Source: Edaphobacter aggregans (GTDB taxonomy: Bacteria; Acidobacteriota; Terriglobia; Terriglobales; Acidobacteriaceae). Taken from it: 32,000 bases of DNA. The stretch is from positions 840,001-872,000 of the forward strand of contig NZ_RSDW01000001.1 in the NCBI RefSeq assembly GCF_003945235.1, given 5' to 3'. Shown here piece by piece: positions 8,755 through 17,660 of the stretch. The notes beneath the pieces were generated by a model. It was not told the DNA's origin. It worked only from the letters and a program-made list of their open reading frames with translations, and did no database searches. The translations under genes were made by a program, and so were the position numbers. Numbering within the stretch: the stretch's first letter is position 1; each line of letters starts with the position of its first letter.

Positions 8755-10248
8755 ATGATGACTAGCACCAGCACCGAAGCCCCCATCCGCGTCCGCATAG
8801 CCCCCTCCCCAACCGGCGATCCACACGTCGGCACGGCCTACATCGGCCTGCTCAACTACATCTACGCTCGCCAGCGCGACGGCAAATTTGTCCTCCGCAT
8901 CGAGGACACCGACCGCACCCGCTTTGTCCCCACCTCCGAGCAGATGATCTTCGACTCCCTCCGCTGGCTCGGCCTCACCTGGGACGAAGGCCCAGACGTC
9001 GGCGGCCCCCACGGCCCCTACCGCCAGTCCGAGCGCACCGAAATCTATCGCGAGCACGCCAACATCCTCCTCGCCAACGGCACCGCGTACCGCTGCTTCT
9101 GCACCGCCGAAGAGCTCGAAGCCGTCCGCAAGCAGCAAACCGCCGCCAAGCTTCCCCCACGCTACCCGGGCACCTGCCGCCTCCTCACGCCCGAGCAGAT
9201 CGCCGCGAACGAAGCCGCCAACAAACCCTTCGTCATCCGCCTCGCCGTGCCTCCACGCGCCAACGACTCCACCGCCTCCACCACCTTCCGCGACGAACTC
9301 CGCGGCGACATCACCTTCGACCATAACAACGTCGACGACCAGGTCCTCATGAAGTCCGACGGCTTCCCCACTTATCACCTCGCCAACGTCGTCGACGACC
9401 ACCTCATGCAGATCACCGACGTCATCCGGGCCGAAGAGTGGATCTCCAGCACCCCCAAACACGTCCTCCTCTACAAAGCCTTCGGCTGGCAGCTCCCTCG
9501 CTTCTGGCACATGCCGCTCCTGCGCAATCTGGACAAGTCAAAAATCTCCAAGCGCAAAAACCCCGTCTCCCTCATCTACTACCGCGACTCGGGCTACCTC
9601 CCCGAAGCCATCATCAACTTCCTCGGCCTCATGGGCGGCGGCATGCCTGCCGACATCAACGGTGGCACTGAGCAATTCACACTAGCCGAGATGGTCGAGC
9701 ACTTCGTCTTCACCAACATCCGCCTCGGCGGCCCAGTCTTCGACCTCACCAAGCTCAAGTGGCTCAACGGCGAATACCTCCGCAAGCTAACCCCCGACCA
9801 GTTCTACGCCGAGCTACGCAAAACCGTCCTATCCGACGCCTACCTCAGCCACATCGCGCCCCTCATCCAAACCCGCATCGAAACCCTCGCCCAATTCGGC
9901 GACCTCACCAGCTTCTTCTTCCGCGACGACGTCCTGCCCTCACAAGAAGTCTTCCTGCCCAAGAAGCGCACCCTCGAAGAGACCATAGCCTTCGCCACCG
10001 ACCAGCTAGCCGTCCTTGAAGCCACCGACTGGACTCATGAAGCTCTCGAGCCCGCGCTTAAAAAACTAGGCGAAGAAAAATCCTGGTCCGTCAAAGAAAA
10101 CTTCATGCTCCTCCGAGCCATCATCACCGGCAGCACCATGTCCCCACCACTCCTTGAAAGCATGATCGTCTTCGGCAAAGCCCGCAGTCTCGACCGCGTC
10201 CGCCGCTTCCTCGATGCGCAGAAGAAACAAGCCACGCAGAAGAAGTAG
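8755..10248 (+). CDS. gltX: glutamate--tRNA ligase
   Basis: The protein has a class I aaRS HIGH-type motif (PSPTGDPHVGTAY) and a KMSKS-type motif (KISKRK), with full-length GltX-like organisation. The track start at 8746 is TTG. ATG 8755 or 8758 is more likely. Confidence 0.95.
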   Translation: MMTSTSTEAPIRVRIAPSPTGDPHVGTAYIGLLNYIYARQRDGKFVLRIEDTDRTRFVPTSEQMIFDSLRWLGLTWDEGPDVGGPHGPYRQSERTEIYREHANILLANGTAYRCFCTAEELEAVRKQQTAAKLPPRYPGTCRLLTPEQIAANEAANKPFVIRLAVPPRANDSTASTTFRDELRGDITFDHNNVDDQVLMKSDGFPTYHLANVVDDHLMQITDVIRAEEWISSTPKHVLLYKAFGWQLPRFWHMPLLRNLDKSKISKRKNPVSLIYYRDSGYLPEAIINFLGLMGGGMPADINGGTEQFTLAEMVEHFVFTNIRLGGPVFDLTKLKWLNGEYLRKLTPDQFYAELRKTVLSDAYLSHIAPLIQTRIETLAQFGDLTSFFFRDDVLPSQEVFLPKKRTLEETIAFATDQLAVLEATDWTHEALEPALKKLGEEKSWSVKENFMLLRAIITGSTMSPPLLESMIVFGKARSLDRVRRFLDAQKKQATQKK

Positions 10249-10278
10249 CTCTCTCGCTATCACTCCAGCAGTCAAAAC

Positions 10279-10306
10279 ATAGCCCCGGGAGCGAGCCTGG
10301 GGCTAT
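10279..10306. terminator. hairpin between the convergent gltX and aldo/keto reductase genes
   Basis: ATAGCCCCGGG-agcgag-CCTGGGGCTAT forms an 11-bp stem including one G-U pair. There is no clear U-tract. Confidence 0.4.
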
Positions 10307-10324
10307 CTCATAAGGTCACTTCAC

Positions 10325-11278
10325 TCAAGCTACGTTCTCGATCAGGTACGCCTGAATCTCCGCGAACTCCTCCTCCGAAAGCCGGAACGTAGCCGCAGGA
10401 ATCACGCCCTCGACCTGCTTCGCATTCCGTCCGCCGACGATCGCCGCGGTCACCGCGGGATGATGCAGCGTCCAAGCAATCGCGATGACGCCCGCGCTCA
10501 CTCCATGACGCTTCCCAATCTCGCCGATGAAGTCCGCCACGGCAAGGTTCCGCGACAGCAGCGGCTCCTGGTAGTTCTTGGCATTGCGGCGGAAGTCGTC
10601 CTGGGGAAAGTTCGCCACGCGCTCCTTCGTCATCGCTCCAGTCAGCAAACCCGAGTGCATAGGAGCGTAGTTGATCACCCCAACGCCGTTCTTCTGGCAA
10701 AACGGCAGCACCTCAGCCTCAATCGCGCGGTTCAGCATCGAGTATGGCGGCTGGCTCGACGTAATGGGAGCGATCTTCATCGCCCGTTCCATCTGAACAA
10801 CACTGAAGTTTGAGACGCCAATCCAGCGCACCTTGCCTTCCCTCCGAAGATTGGCCATCACGCCCCACGCCTCTTCGATCTCTTCGTCCGGCTTCGGCCA
10901 GTGCATCTGGTACAGGTCGATCGTCTCCACCCCAAGCCGCCGCAGACTATCCTCACACTCGCGCCGAACCTGCTTCAAATCATTCGACACCTCACGCTTT
11001 TCGTTCCACACCAGACCGCACTTCGTGAACACATACGGGTTCTGTGAGGCCATCTTCAGCGCGCGCGCAACAACCTCCTCCGAGTGGCCAAGACCGTACA
11101 CGGCAGCCGTATCGATCCAGTTGATCCCTAGATCCAGCGCCTTATGGATCGCCGCAATCGAATCGTTATCGTCCTGCGGTCCCCACGCAAACTGCCAGTC
11201 ACCCCCGCCGATCGCCCATGCTCCAAATCCAATCGGCGTAAGCTTCATATCGGAGTTGCCAAGCGTCTTCTTTTCCAT
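10325..11278 (-). CDS. aldo/keto reductase family oxidoreductase
   Basis: The 317-aa protein carries LGINWIDTAAVYGLGHSEE and other AKR-type motifs over its full length. Confidence 0.9.
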   Translation of the reverse strand: MEKKTLGNSDMKLTPIGFGAWAIGGGDWQFAWGPQDDNDSIAAIHKALDLGINWIDTAAVYGLGHSEEVVARALKMASQNPYVFTKCGLVWNEKREVSNDLKQVRRECEDSLRRLGVETIDLYQMHWPKPDEEIEEAWGVMANLRREGKVRWIGVSNFSVVQMERAMKIAPITSSQPPYSMLNRAIEAEVLPFCQKNGVGVINYAPMHSGLLTGAMTKERVANFPQDDFRRNAKNYQEPLLSRNLAVADFIGEIGKRHGVSAGVIAIAWTLHHPAVTAAIVGGRNAKQVEGVIPAATFRLSEEEFAEIQAYLIENVA

Positions 11279-11416
11279 ATCTTCATTTTAGAAGCTACAG
11301 TCGTGGGACTTTAGACTTGTTCATCATCTATTAACCCTCTATAACCTCGAGCGTCGATTGAACTCCCTCCATCAACGGGTTTAAAATCCCGTTGAACAAG
11401 CCCATGGGAGGTTCCC

Positions 11417-11584
11417 ATGCCTCACTACGAATACTTCTGCAAAGTCTGCAACAAAACATTCACCCTAACCCTGCATATCGCCGAACACGACGCCGAAAAT
11501 CCCGCCTGCCCGCATTGCGGCAGCCACAATATAGAACAGCGCTGGTCAACCTTCTCCGCCGTCACCTCACGAAAGAGCGCCTGA
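11417..11584 (+). CDS. FmdB-family zinc-ribbon protein (55 aa)
   Basis: The ORF is not in the supplied track because it is under 60 aa. It translates to MPHYEYFCKVCNKTFTLTLHIAEHDAENPACPHCGSHNIEQRWSTFSAVTSRKSA. It has paired CxxC motifs, the typical M-P-x-YEY-x-C start, and GGGAGG 5 nt upstream of the ATG. Confidence 0.75.
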   Translation: MPHYEYFCKVCNKTFTLTLHIAEHDAENPACPHCGSHNIEQRWSTFSAVTSRKSA

Positions 11585-11710
11585 GCCAACGGCACTAGAG
11601 CCGCCGCCTTCGCTTCGTTGCAAACTTGTCACTCTCCCGTCACGTCCCAGCAACAACCGCCAGCTAGCCTCACCTCGCAGTCGACTTCAACTCCAAGCGA
11701 GGCTCTCCCC

Positions 11711-13783
11711 ATGGCAACTGACCGTCGCACATTCCTGCAACTCCTCTCCACCTCCGCCCTCACCGCCGCCTTCCCCGCAAGCATCGCCCGCGCGCTCTCC
11801 ATCCCCGCCAACAACAGCACCGGCACCATCAACGACGTCGAGCACATCGTCTTCATGATGCAGGAGAACCGCTCCTTCGATCATTACTTCGGCACCCTCC
11901 GCGGCGTCCGCGGCTTCGGCGACCCTCGCGCCGTCACCCTCCCCTCCGGCAATCCAGTCTGGTACCAGCCCAATGGCGGCAGCAACTACGTCCTTCCCTT
12001 CCACCCCGGCGCGCCTAACCTCGGCCTCCAGTTCCTGCAAGACCTCGCCCACGACTGGACCACCACACATGCCGCCTGGAACGAGGGCAATAACGATCAG
12101 TGGGTCCCGCAAAAAGGCACCACCACCATGGCCCACCTCACCCGCAGCGACATTCCCTTCCACTACGCCCTCGCCGACGCCTTCACCGTATGCGACGCCT
12201 ACCACTGCTCTCTCCTCGGCCCCACCGACCCCAACCGTTACCACATGTGGACAGGCTGGGTCGGCAACGACGGCAAAAACGGCGGTCCCGTCATCGACAA
12301 CGCCGAAGCCGGCTACGATTGGTCCACTTATCCCGAACTCCTCGAAAAAGCCGGCGTCTCCTGGAAGATCTATCAAGACATCGGCGAAGGCCTCGACGCC
12401 AGCGACTTCTGGGGATGGACCGGCGACAACCCCTACATCGGCAACTACGGCGACAACTCACTCCTCTACTTCCACCAGTATCAAAACGCGCCGCAGGGCT
12501 CGCCCCTCGCCGAAAAAGCCCGCACCGGTACCAACATCCTTAAATCAGGCACACTCTTCGACATCTTCAAACAGGACGTAAGCAGCGGCAATCTCCCACA
12601 AGTCTCCTGGGTCGTCGCGCCCGAGTCCTACACCGAACACCCCAACTGGCCCGCCAACTACGGCGCATGGTACGTCTCCCAGATCCTCGATATCCTCACC
12701 GCCAACCCCGATACTTGGAGCAAGACCGCCTTCTTCCTCATGTACGACGAGAACGACGGCTTCTTCGACCACATGCCTCCCCCCGTCCCGCCGTCGTCCA
12801 GCGCCCAGGGCAAATCCACCGTCCCCATCACCAACGAAATCTTCGAAGGCAACTCCGAGTACCCCGCCGGCCCCTACGGCCTCGGCCAGCGCGTTCCCAT
12901 GGTCGTCATCTCTCCTTGGAGCAAAGGCGGCTACGTCAACTCCGAAGTCTTCGACCATACCTCACTCATCCAATTCGTCGAAAAGCGCTTCGGCGTCAAA
13001 CAGCCCAACATCACCAAATGGCGCAGAGCCGTCACCGGAGACCTCACCTCTGCCTTCAACTTCACCTCACCGAACGCCGCCACCGTACCGCTACCCAGCA
13101 CCGTAGCCTACGTCCCACCAGACAACGCACGGCACCCCGACTACATCCCCACCCCACCCACCGACCAAGCCATCCCAATTCAGGAGTCGGGAACGCGACC
13201 AGCCCGAGCCGTCCCCTACGTTCTCAACGCCCAAGGAGAGGCCGGCTTCCTAAACCAAACCTTCCGCATCGACTTCAACAACATCGGCAAAGCCACCGCC
13301 GTCTTCCACGTCCGCTCCGGCAACGCCCAAAACGGCCCATGGACGTACACTTTAGAACCCGGCACCCTTGTCTCCGATCGCTGGAAGCTTCAATCCACCC
13401 AGGGCGTCTACGATCTCTCCGTCTACGGTCCCAACGGCTTCCTACGCGTCTTCAAAGGAAGCACCGCCAGCACCGATAAAGCGAATCTCGAGATCACCAC
13501 CCTGTACGATGCCGTCCGCTCCCGCGTCACCCTTGAGATCGTCAACCGCGGCCCCGCCTGCCAGTTCACCGTCTTCGACTCCTACACTGGCGAAACAACA
13601 ACGCACACACTTAAAGCAGGCGACACCATCTCAACCCACTCGCCACGAAAACAGTTCTACGGCTGGTACGACTTCACCATCGAAGCCAGCTCCGACACTA
13701 CCTTCCAGCGCCGCATCGCAGGCCACGTCGAAACCGGAGAAGACAGCATGACCGATCCTGCTATCGGCACAATCCGCCTGTGA
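11711..13783 (+). CDS. phosphocholine-specific (non-haemolytic) phospholipase C family phosphoesterase, Tat-exported
   Basis: The twin-arginine signal is MATDRRTFLQLLSTSALTAAFPASIARA. The phosphoesterase motif is IEHIVFMMQENRSFDHYFGTLRGVRGFGDP. At about 690 aa with a duplicated C-terminal domain, it matches the PlcN-type layout. The start is placed at ATG 11711. Confidence 0.9.
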   Translation: MATDRRTFLQLLSTSALTAAFPASIARALSIPANNSTGTINDVEHIVFMMQENRSFDHYFGTLRGVRGFGDPRAVTLPSGNPVWYQPNGGSNYVLPFHPGAPNLGLQFLQDLAHDWTTTHAAWNEGNNDQWVPQKGTTTMAHLTRSDIPFHYALADAFTVCDAYHCSLLGPTDPNRYHMWTGWVGNDGKNGGPVIDNAEAGYDWSTYPELLEKAGVSWKIYQDIGEGLDASDFWGWTGDNPYIGNYGDNSLLYFHQYQNAPQGSPLAEKARTGTNILKSGTLFDIFKQDVSSGNLPQVSWVVAPESYTEHPNWPANYGAWYVSQILDILTANPDTWSKTAFFLMYDENDGFFDHMPPPVPPSSSAQGKSTVPITNEIFEGNSEYPAGPYGLGQRVPMVVISPWSKGGYVNSEVFDHTSLIQFVEKRFGVKQPNITKWRRAVTGDLTSAFNFTSPNAATVPLPSTVAYVPPDNARHPDYIPTPPTDQAIPIQESGTRPARAVPYVLNAQGEAGFLNQTFRIDFNNIGKATAVFHVRSGNAQNGPWTYTLEPGTLVSDRWKLQSTQGVYDLSVYGPNGFLRVFKGSTASTDKANLEITTLYDAVRSRVTLEIVNRGPACQFTVFDSYTGETTTHTLKAGDTISTHSPRKQFYGWYDFTIEASSDTTFQRRIAGHVETGEDSMTDPAIGTIRL

Positions 13784-13796
13784 ATCATCCCAACTC

Positions 13797-13833
13797 AAAA
13801 AAGCGGGCGCGATATGCGCCCGTCTCTTTTTTT
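13797..13833. terminator. bidirectional rho-independent terminator
   Basis: The sequence is AAAAAA-G-CGGGCGC-gatat-GCGCCCG-tctc-TTTTTTT. It has a perfect 7-bp GC stem flanked by an A-run and a T-run, and sits between convergent ORFs. Confidence 0.7.
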
Positions 13834-13848
13834 GGGACCAGACCAAGC

Positions 13849-14136
13849 CTATGCACTAATCCTGCGCCTAAGAGTACCCGCCAATCCAACCAGGCCCGTA
13901 CCCATCAAAATTAATGAACCCGGTTCCGGGATTGGAGCGAAGTCCCCATCCACTGCCATGCCCGAGGCTGAGTCGCCGAGCTTCACACCCGCAAGCGAAT
14001 CGCCTACCAGGTACCATAACCCACAGCTGTTGCTGAACTTACGAGACACCTGCGCAGTTTCCCGATATCCTTTCAACGTCGAGCAACACCCGTACTTCAG
14101 GGCTGCATGCTCAGCACGACCTTCATCTCGACTCAC
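13849..14136 (-). CDS. short ORF ending in a PEP-CTERM sorting domain, possibly a gene remnant
   Basis: The C-terminus ..FAPIPEPGSLILMGTGLVGLAGTLRRRISA* shows a PEP motif, a TM helix and an Arg cluster. There is no N-terminal signal peptide, and the 5' end overlaps the RBS and start of the divergent DUF899 gene. Confidence 0.35.
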   Translation of the reverse strand: MSRDEGRAEHAALKYGCCSTLKGYRETAQVSRKFSNSCGLWYLVGDSLAGVKLGDSASGMAVDGDFAPIPEPGSLILMGTGLVGLAGTLRRRISA

Positions 14137-14151
14137 TCAAAGGAGAACGGA

Positions 14152-14862
14152 ATGGCCGACAGCACTACCCTCATCCCAGCAACCGAATTGGCAGCAAAAA
14201 ACAAAGCCCACTTCCCTAACGAAAGCAGTGAATATCGACAAGCGCGCAACGCCCTCCTCGCCGAGGAGCTCGAACTCCGCCGTCACATCGAACGAGTCGC
14301 CGCGCTCCGCCGTGCCCCTCCCCATGGCGGCACTGTGCCCGACGACTACCCCCTCGAAAGCGAGTATGGCACCGTCCGCTTCTCCGACCTCTTCGGCGAC
14401 AAGCAGACTCTCGTCATTTATAGCGCCATGTTCGGACCACAACGCAAGCGCCCCTGCCCCATGTGCACTACCCTGCTCACCTCATGGGACGGCACAGCAA
14501 GGAACCTTCGCGAGCGCGTCGCTCTAGCTGTCACTGCCCGTTCGCCCATCGAGCGCCTCCTCGACTTCAAAAAAGAACGCGGCTGGCAGAACCTGCAGCT
14601 CTATTCAGACACAAAGGGCGACTACACGCGCAGTTACGTCAGCGCCGAAGATGCGGACATGCCGGCCGTGAACATCTTTACCCGTCGTGATGGCACGATC
14701 CGTCATTTCTGGGCCGCCGAGATGAGCGGCGACACAGCCGACCCCGGGCAGGATCCGCGTGGAGCTCCGGACATCGACCCCTCCTGGACCGTCCTCGATC
14801 TCACACCCGAGGGCCGCGGAGCCGATTGGTATCCAAAGCTCGAATACACCCCAACCCACTAG
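14152..14862 (+). CDS. DUF899-family thioredoxin-fold protein
   Basis: The features ..NESSEYRQARNALLAEELELRRHIE.., the CPMC motif and a C-terminal ..WYPKLEY are typical of DUF899 as I recall it. AAAGGAG lies upstream of ATG 14152. Confidence 0.85.
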   Translation: MADSTTLIPATELAAKNKAHFPNESSEYRQARNALLAEELELRRHIERVAALRRAPPHGGTVPDDYPLESEYGTVRFSDLFGDKQTLVIYSAMFGPQRKRPCPMCTTLLTSWDGTARNLRERVALAVTARSPIERLLDFKKERGWQNLQLYSDTKGDYTRSYVSAEDADMPAVNIFTRRDGTIRHFWAAEMSGDTADPGQDPRGAPDIDPSWTVLDLTPEGRGADWYPKLEYTPTH

Positions 14863-14885
14863 CTGCACCGAATTGATACAGATCG

Positions 14886-14924
14886 GATACCCCATCCTTT
14901 GCGTTTTTGCAAAGGGTGGGTATC
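14886..14924. terminator. long imperfect hairpin downstream of the DUF899 gene (terminator- or REP-like)
   Basis: GATACCCCATCCTTTGC-gttttt-GCAAAGGGTGGGTATC forms about 16 bp with one bulge and one G-U pair. It starts 24 nt after the stop codon. Confidence 0.4.
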
Positions 14925-15032
14925 GAACCGCGACGGAAAGTCGCACTCCCCGTGAAATCGTATCCTTGTAAATCTTCCCGTCTTTCATAATCACCACGAA
15001 GTTCGTAGCCGGATCCCCAGCTTCATAGATGC

Positions 15033-15055
15033 AAAAAAAAACGGTCGTACCGACC
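15033..15055 (-). terminator. rho-independent terminator of the aminotransferase gene
   Basis: The minus strand reads GGTCG-gta-CGACC-g followed by a run of nine T, 14 nt after the stop at 15069. Confidence 0.5.
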
Positions 15056-15068
15056 TACCCGAGAAACC

Positions 15069-16250
15069 TTACCCATTCCGAAACATCTGCTTAATCCCCC
15101 GCAGAGCCTGTCGAGTCCGCTCCTCGTTCTCAATCAGCGAGAACCGGACATGACCATCACCATGCTCACCAAACCCAACACCCGGACTAACGGCAACCTT
15201 AGCCTCAGCTAACAGCTTCTTCGAGAACTCAACCGACCCCAGCGCCCGATACTGCTCCGGAATCTTAGCCCACGCAAACATCGTGGCCTTCGGTAAGTCC
15301 ACGGGCCAACCCAGCTTATTCAACCCCGGCACCAGAACATCCCGCCGGGCCTTGTAGTTGTCGCGAATCTCAGCGACACAATCCTGCGGCCCTTCCAGCG
15401 CAGCAATCGAAGCCACCTGAATCGGCGTAAACGTCCCATAGTCGAAGTAGCTCTTGATCCGCCCCAGCGCCCCGACCAGCTTCTTATTTCCCACCATGAA
15501 GCCGACGCGCCACCCCGGCATGTTGTAGCTCTTCGAAAGCGTAAAAAACTCAACCGCAATATCCTTCGCCCCCGGAACCTCCAGGATGCTGGGCGCGCGA
15601 TAACCATCGAACACAATGTCGGCATATGCCAGATCATGCACGATATAAATTCCGAGTTCCTTGCAAAGAGCAACAATCCGCTCAAAGAAAGGAAGCTCCA
15701 CACACTGCGCCGTAGGATTCGCCGGAAAGTTCAGGATCAGCAACTTCGGCCTCGGCTCCATGCGCGGAAGCTCATACTCCAGCGCAGCCAGCACCTGATC
15801 CGCACAAGCATCCGGCACCGGAATACTCTGCACCTTCGACCCCGCAATCACCGGCCCAAAGATGTGAATCGGATAACTAGGATTCGGCACCGCAACAGTA
15901 TCCACATCATCGAGTACCGCAAGACAAAGATGCGCAATCCCTTCTTTCGAGCCGATCGTCACAATCGCCTCGGTCTCCTGATCGAGATCGACGTTATAAC
16001 GCGTCTTGTACCAGTTGCAGATCGCCCTGCGCAGCCGCGGAATTCCTCGCGAAAGCGAGTAGCGATGCGTCGCCGTCTTCTGCGCGGCCTCAATCAGCTT
16101 GTCGACAATAGCCTTCGGAGTAGCACCATCAGGATTCCCCATCCCGAAGTCGATAATGTCCTCGCCCCGCTTCCGAGCCGCAGCCTTCAACTCGCTCGTT
16201 ATGTTGAACACATACGCCGGCAGCCGTGTCAGCCTTCTAAACTCGTCCAT
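15069..16250 (-). CDS. alaC: class I/II PLP-dependent aminotransferase, AlaC (glutamate-pyruvate aminotransferase)-like
   Basis: [54 protein letters not shown] closely follows the E. coli AlaC/YfdZ N-terminal pattern from memory. The PLP-lysine context is [13 protein letters not shown]. The start is placed at ATG 16250. Confidence 0.9.
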   Translation of the reverse strand: MDEFRRLTRLPAYVFNITSELKAAARKRGEDIIDFGMGNPDGATPKAIVDKLIEAAQKTATHRYSLSRGIPRLRRAICNWYKTRYNVDLDQETEAIVTIGSKEGIAHLCLAVLDDVDTVAVPNPSYPIHIFGPVIAGSKVQSIPVPDACADQVLAALEYELPRMEPRPKLLILNFPANPTAQCVELPFFERIVALCKELGIYIVHDLAYADIVFDGYRAPSILEVPGAKDIAVEFFTLSKSYNMPGWRVGFMVGNKKLVGALGRIKSYFDYGTFTPIQVASIAALEGPQDCVAEIRDNYKARRDVLVPGLNKLGWPVDLPKATMFAWAKIPEQYRALGSVEFSKKLLAEAKVAVSPGVGFGEHGDGHVRFSLIENEERTRQALRGIKQMFRNG

Positions 16251-16342
16251 CGCGTCCCGCTTGCCCCCAACCAAGTCTCAATCCATCATGCCATCATCGG
16301 CCGAGCAAAACTCCACACGTGCCTCACTCGACATCACCCAAA

Positions 16343-16831
16343 TCACTTCGCCGTAAACACCACCTGCACCGGCAGACTCTTCGGCGGATAGCAAGCCGCA
16401 TGATCGCAAGCCTGATACTTCAGCACCCCATCCACCGTATGCTGCCCAGCCTCAGCCACCACCGGTACCTTCACCGTAAATGCGCCCGAGTAAACATCCA
16501 GCTTCTCCGAAGGGTCAAAGCTGAAGCTGTAACTCGTACCCGCCGGATACTCAACCGCACCAACCTTCACTCCATCGACAGGCTTCATCGTCACCGCCGT
16601 AGGAATCAGCAGCTCGGACTTCGGCGTATGCGAGTTCACATGAAACCCATCCATCACTCGAAAGTTCAGCTCGACGACACTCTTCGCCCCAGCCTTCAAA
16701 GTCTGAGGCTCAGCAGCAAAAGACACATACTGTTTCGGCTTGGCGGCAGGAGCATCCAGACTCCCAATCTGAGCCACCAGCGTCCCCGAACCCAAAATCA
16801 ACCCCGCCAGCACGACACCAAACCGCATCAC
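16343..16831 (-). CDS. secreted stand-alone DsbD N-terminal (alpha) domain-like protein
   Basis: The protein has a signal peptide (MMRFGVVLAGLILGSGTLVAQ) and the motif LKYQACDHAACYPP, which resembles YQGC..CYPP of DsbD-alpha. The start (GTG 16831 or ATG 16828) overlaps the TlpA stop. Confidence 0.8.
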   Translation of the reverse strand: MMRFGVVLAGLILGSGTLVAQIGSLDAPAAKPKQYVSFAAEPQTLKAGAKSVVELNFRVMDGFHVNSHTPKSELLIPTAVTMKPVDGVKVGAVEYPAGTSYSFSFDPSEKLDVYSGAFTVKVPVVAEAGQHTVDGVLKYQACDHAACYPPKSLPVQVVFTAK

Positions 16832-17487
16832 TGCCCCCCCGCCGCAACCTGCTTAGCAGGGGTGCCCGCAGAACTACCCGAAGCAATCGTCTTCTTGATA
16901 TTCGCCTCGATCTCGTCCTTCGTCCCCAGCCCCGCGGTCACTTCCACCACCAAACCATTCTTGTCCACATAAAACGACATCGGCAGAACTTCCAAGCCGC
17001 CGTAAGCCGTCTGAACCTTTCCATCCGTCAGCAGAATCGGATAGCTCACACCCGTCTTATGCGCCACCTTGGCGATCACGTCCTTGCCCGCATCGACATC
17101 ATCGGCAAGCCCGAGAATCTCAAACCCCTGCCCCGCATACTGCTTCCGGAACTCCTCAAACCAAGGCATCTCCACCTTGCAAGGCCCGCACCATGTCGCC
17201 CAGAAGTTCACCAGCACCGGACGCCCCTTGTAGTCGCTCAGCGAGACCTTCTTTCCCTCCAAACTCGTCAGCGCAAACCCAGGCGCCGCCTTCCCACGCA
17301 GTTGCGGCTCCTCGCCTTCGACAGTCGACTGCCCACTCTGCGCCGCCTTATCCGGAATCAACTCGACCCTGTTCTGCTGCGCCCGCTGCATCGCGAGCTT
17401 CCGCTCCCGCAGGTTATGCCAACCCGCCCACAACAGCATCGAAATCCCAACGACGATCAAACCAAGAAACAGCGCACTCCGCTTCAC
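16828..17487 (-). CDS. TlpA/ResA-family membrane-anchored thiol:disulfide oxidoreductase
   Basis: There is an N-terminal TM anchor and the thioredoxin active site FWATWCGPC. The start is GTG, with GGAAGGA upstream. Confidence 0.9.
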   Translation of the reverse strand: MKRSALFLGLIVVGISMLLWAGWHNLRERKLAMQRAQQNRVELIPDKAAQSGQSTVEGEEPQLRGKAAPGFALTSLEGKKVSLSDYKGRPVLVNFWATWCGPCKVEMPWFEEFRKQYAGQGFEILGLADDVDAGKDVIAKVAHKTGVSYPILLTDGKVQTAYGGLEVLPMSFYVDKNGLVVEVTAGLGTKDEIEANIKKTIASGSSAGTPAKQVAAGGQ

Positions 17488-17660
17488 TTTGAGAATCCTT
17501 CCGGCCAGCTCCGAATAAGCTCGAAGAGCCCGCCCACGGCTTCCACTAGTCTATCGCCTTTCGGACCTTCGCCATGTCGGACACCCCGTATCTGCTTGAC
17601 GAGCCTTCCCCCCAGGCAGATACTTCTCCAAATTCATCTCCCATTTTGCGAGGCAGGTCC

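Noticed and set aside
11392-11598. A 68-aa ORF is listed in the track.
   Set aside because: It is in a different frame from the convincing 55-aa FmdB zinc-ribbon gene at 11417-11584, and it has no motif or SD of its own.
14605-14997. A 130-aa minus-strand ORF begins MVIMKDGKIYKD.., faintly reminiscent of an amidohydrolase C-terminus.
   Set aside because: Most of it is antisense to the DUF899 gene and runs through the intergenic hairpin. A stop lies just upstream, so at best it is a tiny relic. The evidence is insufficient.
17574-17660. The upstream ATG 17574 is an alternative lipase start.
   Set aside because: It has no SD, and the 29 extra residues are Pro/Ser-rich and not family-like. ATG 17661 has GAGG at the right spacing. 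A TAGTCT -10-like hexamer at 17547-17552 keeps the longer form possible.
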